In this document: piece after piece, positions 57,634-64,000 of the stretch | Position numbering within the stretch: position 1 is the first letter of the stretch | Layout: each line of letters opens with the position of its first letter | From: an uncultured Pseudomonadota bacterium | GTDB lineage: Bacteria; Oederibacteriota; Muellerivitia; Muellerivitales; Muellerivitaceae | Length of the DNA stretch: 64,000 nucleotides | Direction: 5' to 3' | NCBI GenBank assembly: GCA_963770835.1 | Contig: CAVYRH010000005.1 | Coordinates: 320,001 to 384,000, forward strand | Notes under the pieces: generated by a model | What the model saw: the letters and a program-made list of their open reading frames with translations, nothing else | The model's database searches: none | Told to the model about the DNA's origin: nothing | Program-made: the position numbers and the translations under genes

Positions 57634-58394
57634 ATTTTCAGTCCACGCGCGGATTCGTGCTGGCTTCCTTCCCCTACGCCGAAGCGGACAAGATTGCCCA
57701 ACTTTACACCCTGCAACTGGGCCGGGTAAAAGCCGTCGTCAAAGGCGCACGGAAACCCAAAAGTAAGCTGGCTTCGGCCTTGGATTTATTCAACGAGTCC
57801 GGTTTTTCACTCCATAATGGGCGCTCGGGCGACCTGTTCATTCTTAGCCAAGCCAAAGTTCTTAATACTTATTCAGAGTTGAAAAAGGACTTCCCAAGCA
57901 TCACCGCCCTTCAAATGCTGGCGGACATCCTGATTCAAACGATCCACGACTCGGAACCCCAGCCGGAAATTTATTCCCTGATCAAGAAAACTCTGGACGC
58001 ACTGCGGGCCCAACCAGAACAGCCGGAGTTATTCTTGACGGCTTTTACCGTTAAATTGCTCGACCTTTCGGGTTATCCCCTCGAACTGGCCTTGTGCGCC
58101 GAATGTGGAACACCGCTGCAAAAAAAGAAGTCTTATCTTGTCCCCCATAGGGGAGGTGCGCTTTGCGAGGACTGTTGTCCCTCGGGGCCTGTCCGTCTCA
58201 AAGTTTCGGCCGCCGGCCTGGAGGTTTTAAAAAAAATCCGTAGTTTGCCTATGGAAAAAATCCACATCCTCAAATTAAAACCAGTTTTCCTCAGGGCGCT
58301 TTTCCGAACCCTCTTGGAATACCTGGAACGAACCATTGAAAAGCAGTTGAAGACAGTCGAATATTACCTGAAATTGGTACCTGTCGAACTATGA
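57630..58394 (+). CDS. recO: DNA repair protein RecO
   Basis: YAEADKI..GRVKAVVKGARKPKS; zinc motif CAEC..GGALCEDC. Confidence 0.92.
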   Translation: MNFQSTRGFVLASFPYAEADKIAQLYTLQLGRVKAVVKGARKPKSKLASALDLFNESGFSLHNGRSGDLFILSQAKVLNTYSELKKDFPSITALQMLADILIQTIHDSEPQPEIYSLIKKTLDALRAQPEQPELFLTAFTVKLLDLSGYPLELALCAECGTPLQKKKSYLVPHRGGALCEDCCPSGPVRLKVSAAGLEVLKKIRSLPMEKIHILKLKPVFLRALFRTLLEYLERTIEKQLKTVEYYLKLVPVEL

Positions 58395-58879
58395 TCATTG
58401 TGCTCATGGGAGTGATGGGGTCGGGCAAGACGACCATCGGTCGAAAGCTTGCTGAAGAGCTCGGCTTTCTTTTTTACGATGCAGATGATTTTCATCCCCC
58501 GGCCAACAAAGAAAAGATGAATCGTGGTATTCCTTTGATGGATAAGGATCGGGCGCCCTGGCTTGGTATCCTCCGGGCTCAAATGGAAAAATGGAACAAG
58601 GAAGAGTCCAATGCGGTTTTGGCTTGCTCCGCCCTGAAACAAAAATACCGGGATTTTCTTTCGATGGGGCTTCGGGTTCAATGGGTTTACCTGAAGGGTG
58701 ACCGGGAAATCCTGCGTCAAAGAATCGAAAAACGTACAGGCCACTTTGCCGGTTCACAATTGCTCGACAGCCAATTCGAGGCCCTGGAAGAACCGAACGG
58801 CGCCCTCGTAGTTGACGTCCGGGAAGACCCTGATACGATTGTTCGCCGGATTTTCCAGCATTTGAAAAGAACGGATTAA
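58391..58879 (+). CDS. gntK: Gluconokinase
   Basis: MGVMGSGKTT, DADDFHP..NKEKM, CSALK, LLDSQFEALEEP. Confidence 0.92.
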   Translation: MIIVLMGVMGSGKTTIGRKLAEELGFLFYDADDFHPPANKEKMNRGIPLMDKDRAPWLGILRAQMEKWNKEESNAVLACSALKQKYRDFLSMGLRVQWVYLKGDREILRQRIEKRTGHFAGSQLLDSQFEALEEPNGALVVDVREDPDTIVRRIFQHLKRTD

Positions 58880-59080
58880 TATATGGGTAGTGGAAGGGGA
58901 GCACTTGCCATTTTCGCTGCCGTTTTATTGGTAGTCGTCCTGTGTTATCCGAGCCAAACGTTTTTCTTGCTGAATTTCGTTTGGGATATCATCCTTCGAA
59001 ACCTCCAGCCGCTCTTTCAAGGTTTTCTTAGCTTTTTCAAACATATACTCCCTAATTGACGCCTGATTTTTCAAAAAAGC

Positions 59081-59124
59081 TTGATTTCATTGAACTTCTG
59101 CCTATACTTGACTTTCTTTTCAAC
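59081..59124 (+). promoter_or_regulatory. Putative suf promoter with possible Rrf2 operator half-site
   Basis: TTGATT-N16-TATACT overlapping ATACTTGACT (IscR type-1-like half site). Confidence 0.35.
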
Positions 59125-59177
59125 ATTCAGCAGATTATAGAGGCAAAGGGTTTTTAGGGTTTTTTAGGGAGTTTTCG

Positions 59178-59696
59178 ATGAAATTTTCGTCCACGGAAGA
59201 ATACGGCTTAAGGTGCATGCTTCAAATGGCCAAGAAAGGCCATAAAGGTATGACCAACATCGTGGAATTGTCCCAGAAAGAGGATCTCACCACGGCCTAT
59301 GTCGCCAAAATCATGGGTACCTTGCGCAAGGGCGGATTGGTTCAAAGTATCCGGGGGCAAAGCGGAGGTTATCAACTAGCCCGGCCGCCCCAAGAGATCA
59401 ACGTCAACGAGGTGTTGGAAGCTCTGGGAGGAAAATTCTTTTCCCGGGAGGAATACTGTCTGACGCCCTCCGGGGAGCACGAATGCTGTATCCATTCCAT
59501 GGATTGCGCCGTCCGGTCCCTCTGGACGGGACTCTCTATGACCATCACCAATTATTTGATGCGGTGCAAACTTTCCGACCTCGTGGCCACCGAGCCAGAA
59601 ATGGAAAAATGGCTAAATCAAACCCACAAGCCGGCCCATCCTCCCCTTGCCGCAGCCCTTTCCGCGGAAACGCCCGTTGGGAAACAGGAGGCCTGA
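59178..59696 (+). CDS. Rrf2 family transcriptional regulator (Fe-S cluster regulator)
   Basis: [21 protein letters not shown], Cys cluster C..CC..C; heads the suf operon. Confidence 0.9.
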   Translation: MKFSSTEEYGLRCMLQMAKKGHKGMTNIVELSQKEDLTTAYVAKIMGTLRKGGLVQSIRGQSGGYQLARPPQEINVNEVLEALGGKFFSREEYCLTPSGEHECCIHSMDCAVRSLWTGLSMTITNYLMRCKLSDLVATEPEMEKWLNQTHKPAHPPLAAALSAETPVGKQEA

Positions 59697-59697
59697 G

Positions 59698-61146
<1,449 letters not shown>

Positions 61147-61197
61147 AGGCCACTTGGCTACAGATGCGCACCGATAAGAATTTTGGAGAAATCAAAA

Positions 61198-61956
61198 ATG
61201 CTAGAAATTAAGAACCTAAAGGTTAGGGTTGAAGAAAAAGAAATCCTGAAGGGCGTGGATCTGACGATCGAGGCGGGCGAAGTACACGCCGTCATGGGAC
61301 CCAACGGATCAGGCAAAAGCACCCTGGCCCACGTATTGGCAGGCCGGGAAGGCTACGAAATTACTGGCGGGCAAGTCCTTTTCGAGGGGCATGACCTGCT
61401 GGCCATGAAACCCGAGGATCGGGCGCGGGCGGGCATCTTCTTGGCCTTTCAATATCCTGTGGAAATTCCAGGCGTCAACAACACCTATTTCCTCAAGGCA
61501 GCTCTCAACGCGATTCGCAAGTCCCGGGGTGAGGAGGAACTGGACGCCATGGATTTCTTAGAACTGGTCAAGGAGAAGCTTAAACCCCTCAAGATGGAAG
61601 AGTCCATGCTTCAAAGGGCGGTTAATGAAGGTTTCTCGGGCGGCGAGAAGAAAAAAAATGAAATCCTCCAGATGGCGGTCTTGGAACCCAAGATGGCTAT
61701 CCTGGACGAGACGGACTCGGGGCTGGACATTGACGCCCTCAAAGTGGTGGCCGACGGCGTGAACGCTTTGCGCCACAAAGACCGAGCCATCTTGGCGGTC
61801 ACCCACTACCAACGCCTTTTGAATTATATCGTGCCGGACCAGGTCCATGTCCTGGTGAACGGTCGCATCGTGAAGACGGGCGGCAAGGAACTGGCCTTGG
61901 AACTGGAGGAAAAGGGCTATGGCTGGATTACGGGGGCCGAGAAGGTGAAGGCATGA
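61198..61956 (+). CDS. sufC: Fe-S cluster assembly ATPase SufC
   Basis: GPNGSGKST, FQYPVEIPGV, NEGFSGGEKK, LDETDSGLDID. Confidence 0.97.
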   Translation: MLEIKNLKVRVEEKEILKGVDLTIEAGEVHAVMGPNGSGKSTLAHVLAGREGYEITGGQVLFEGHDLLAMKPEDRARAGIFLAFQYPVEIPGVNNTYFLKAALNAIRKSRGEEELDAMDFLELVKEKLKPLKMEESMLQRAVNEGFSGGEKKKNEILQMAVLEPKMAILDETDSGLDIDALKVVADGVNALRHKDRAILAVTHYQRLLNYIVPDQVHVLVNGRIVKTGGKELALELEEKGYGWITGAEKVKA

Positions 61957-63290
61957 CGGAAGCGGTTGAAATGAAGGAACTTTACATCTCTAACTTTGGG
62001 AAATCGGGAATAACAACCGGTGGAAAGGACGCCGCTTGGCTGAAGGACCTTCGGGAGAAGGCCCTGACTTCCTTCAAACATACAGGCTTTCCGACGACGA
62101 AGGATGAGGTTTGGCGGTACACCGATTTAAGTACCAGCCTTCTTAAAGTTTCGTTTGGGTTTGAGGCCGAAACGGCCACCCGGACGGTCGTAATGGCCAA
62201 ATTGAAATCCATGGGATTTGCCACTGAGAAGGCCCATGTGATGGTTTTCGTGAATGGGCGCTTTTCCGCAGAGCTGTCCTCCTTACAAACAATGCCCAAA
62301 GGCATGACGCTTCAAAACTTAGCCGGAGCCTTGGCTGACGATTCTTTACGGCCGTTCCTGAACCATATTCACCCCTTCGAGGGCCGCGCCTTCACGGCTT
62401 TAAACATGGCTTTTTTCAATGATGGCCTGTTTCTGAGGATTCCCAAGGCCCAAACCTCCGCCGAACCCATCCATGTGGTTTATTTGTCCACAAACGCGGG
62501 AAAGAACACTCAGTCCCATTTGCGGAACCTGGTCTTAATGGAAGACGATAGCAAAGCCACCTTGATTGAACATTACCTGGGAGACGCTGTGAGCCCCTAC
62601 TTGACCAACGTGGCAACAGAAGTTCAACTTTCCCGTGGGGCGGAATTGGAACACATCAAAATCCAAGAGGAAGAGGCAAAAGCCTACCACATTGGAACCC
62701 TGGCCGTCCGGCAGGAGGAGGGGAGCCGACTGGTCTCCCGCATTTTCTCCTTCGGCGGGTTGCTGGCCCGCAATGAGGTGGAGACTGTATTGGCGGACAA
62801 GAAGGCCGAGTGTTCCCTGGAAGGTCTTTTCCTGGTGAAAGGAAAGCAACATTCGGACAACCGCACCTTCATTGACCACATGTCACCTGCCTGCAAGAGC
62901 GAGGAGTTCTTCAAGGGCGTCCTGGACGATGAAGGAACGGGCATTATGGACGGCCATATCCTGGTCCGGGAAAACGCCCAGAAAACCGACGCCCGCCAGA
63001 GGGCCCATAACCTCCAGCTTTCCAATACCACCAAGGTTTACTCCAAGCCCCAGCTTCACATTTACGCCGACGACGTGAAGTGTTCCCACGGCTCGGCCAC
63101 GGGACAGCTGGCGGAGGAGGCGTTTTTTTACCTGCAGTCGCGCGGTATCGGCCGTGAAGAAGCCAAAAGGATGCTGGTTTACGCTTTCGCGGGAGAGGTG
63201 CTGGAACGTGTCAAGGATGATTACGTGAAGGCCCCCTTAAGGCAAATGATCCAAGTTTGGATGGAAGGAGATAAAGGGAAGAGGCTATGA
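61953..63290 (+). CDS. sufD: Fe-S cluster assembly protein SufD
   Basis: FPTTKDEVWRYT, KPQLHIYADDVKCSHG, FYLQSRGI. Confidence 0.94.
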   Translation: MTEAVEMKELYISNFGKSGITTGGKDAAWLKDLREKALTSFKHTGFPTTKDEVWRYTDLSTSLLKVSFGFEAETATRTVVMAKLKSMGFATEKAHVMVFVNGRFSAELSSLQTMPKGMTLQNLAGALADDSLRPFLNHIHPFEGRAFTALNMAFFNDGLFLRIPKAQTSAEPIHVVYLSTNAGKNTQSHLRNLVLMEDDSKATLIEHYLGDAVSPYLTNVATEVQLSRGAELEHIKIQEEEAKAYHIGTLAVRQEEGSRLVSRIFSFGGLLARNEVETVLADKKAECSLEGLFLVKGKQHSDNRTFIDHMSPACKSEEFFKGVLDDEGTGIMDGHILVRENAQKTDARQRAHNLQLSNTTKVYSKPQLHIYADDVKCSHGSATGQLAEEAFFYLQSRGIGREEAKRMLVYAFAGEVLERVKDDYVKAPLRQMIQVWMEGDKGKRL

Positions 63291-64000
63291 AGACCAAAAT
63301 CAAACCGAAAAAACAAAAGCCTTTGTCCGTTCCCCCACGCTCCAGGAGAAACGCGGCTTATGACGTTACGAAAGTACGAAAAGATTTTCCCATCCTCCGG
63401 GAAAAGGTCCACGGTAAGCCGCTGGTTTACCTGGACAACGCCGCCACTACCCAAAAACCTCTTTCCGTCATCGAAGCCTTGGACAAGTATTACCGGGAAT
63501 ACAACTCCAACATCCACCGGGGCCTTCACCTTTTAAGCGAAAGGGCCACCGAAGCCTATGAGGCCTCCCGCATTAAGGTCCAAAAATTCATGAACGCCGC
63601 CGATTCGCGGGAAATCATCTTTACCCGGGGGGCAACCGAAGGAATCAACTTGGTGGCTCAAACCTGGGGACGGCAGAGCGTGAAGGCCGGGGATGAGGTG
63701 TTGGTGACGAACATGGAGCATCATTCCAACATTGTGCCCTGGCAGATGCTCTGCGGGGAAAAGGGCGCAACCCTGAAAGTGGTGCCCATCAATGACGACG
63801 GCGAATTAATTCTTAAGGAATTTCACAAACTTCTTACCTCCAAAACCAAAATTTTGGCGGTCACCCACGTTTCCAACGCCCTGGGCACGGTGAACCCCCT
63901 CGCGGAAATCATCAAGGCGGCCCACGAAAAGGGCATAAAAGTCTTGGCGGACGGGGCCCAGTCGATTCCCCATTTGGCCGTTGATGTCCAAGAACTGGAT
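63287..64000 (+). CDS. sufS: Cysteine desulfurase SufS (runs off window; absent from ORF track)
   Basis: Manual translation from ATG 63287: DFPILREKVHGKPLVYLDNAATTQKP..NIHRGLH..MEHHSNIVPWQ. Confidence 0.94.
   Translation, partial: MKTKIKPKKQKPLSVPPRSRRNAAYDVTKVRKDFPILREKVHGKPLVYLDNAATTQKPLSVIEALDKYYREYNSNIHRGLHLLSERATEAYEASRIKVQKFMNAADSREIIFTRGATEGINLVAQTWGRQSVKAGDEVLVTNMEHHSNIVPWQMLCGEKGATLKVVPINDDGELILKEFHKLLTSKTKILAVTHVSNALGTVNPLAEIIKAAHEKGIKVLADGAQSIPHLAVDVQELD

Overview
About 64 kb of chromosome from a diderm bacterium (TonB-dependent receptor, LolA, GT9, PorV-like barrel). Housekeeping content: leuB, asd, tpx, truA, a futalosine-pathway menaquinone cluster (ubiD/menG/ubiX/ubiA-like, mqnE, mqnA, mqnC), queF, speE, rplM-rpsI, pcrA/uvrD, gatCAB, uidA-like GH2, ftsK-lolA-rodZ-yajQ-recO-gntK and an Rrf2-sufBCDS operon running off the end. 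Mobile DNA is often nested. An intact IS30-family element splits a membrane-protein gene. An IS5-family element has its transposase interrupted by an antisense group II intron and carries a second right end plus an IS30 relic. Two MITE-like elements wrap REP-like palindromes. The best candidate for an undescribed system is 43.9-49.0 kb: a stand-alone T9SS-CTD-like protein, a PorV-like barrel with Pro/Thr linker and TPR, an ECF sigma factor and a membrane anti-sigma ending in a FlgD-Ig/CTD-like domain, divergent from a mucin-like lipoprotein. A bipartite motif GGAATA-N15-CAC(A/T)A occurs once before the sigma gene and twice before the lipoprotein. Two reading-frame lesions (in-frame TAG in the TonB receptor, 1-nt frameshift in ftsK) may be assembly errors. 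No tRNA, rRNA or CRISPR array was seen. All family assignments are from motif recognition by eye, not database searches.
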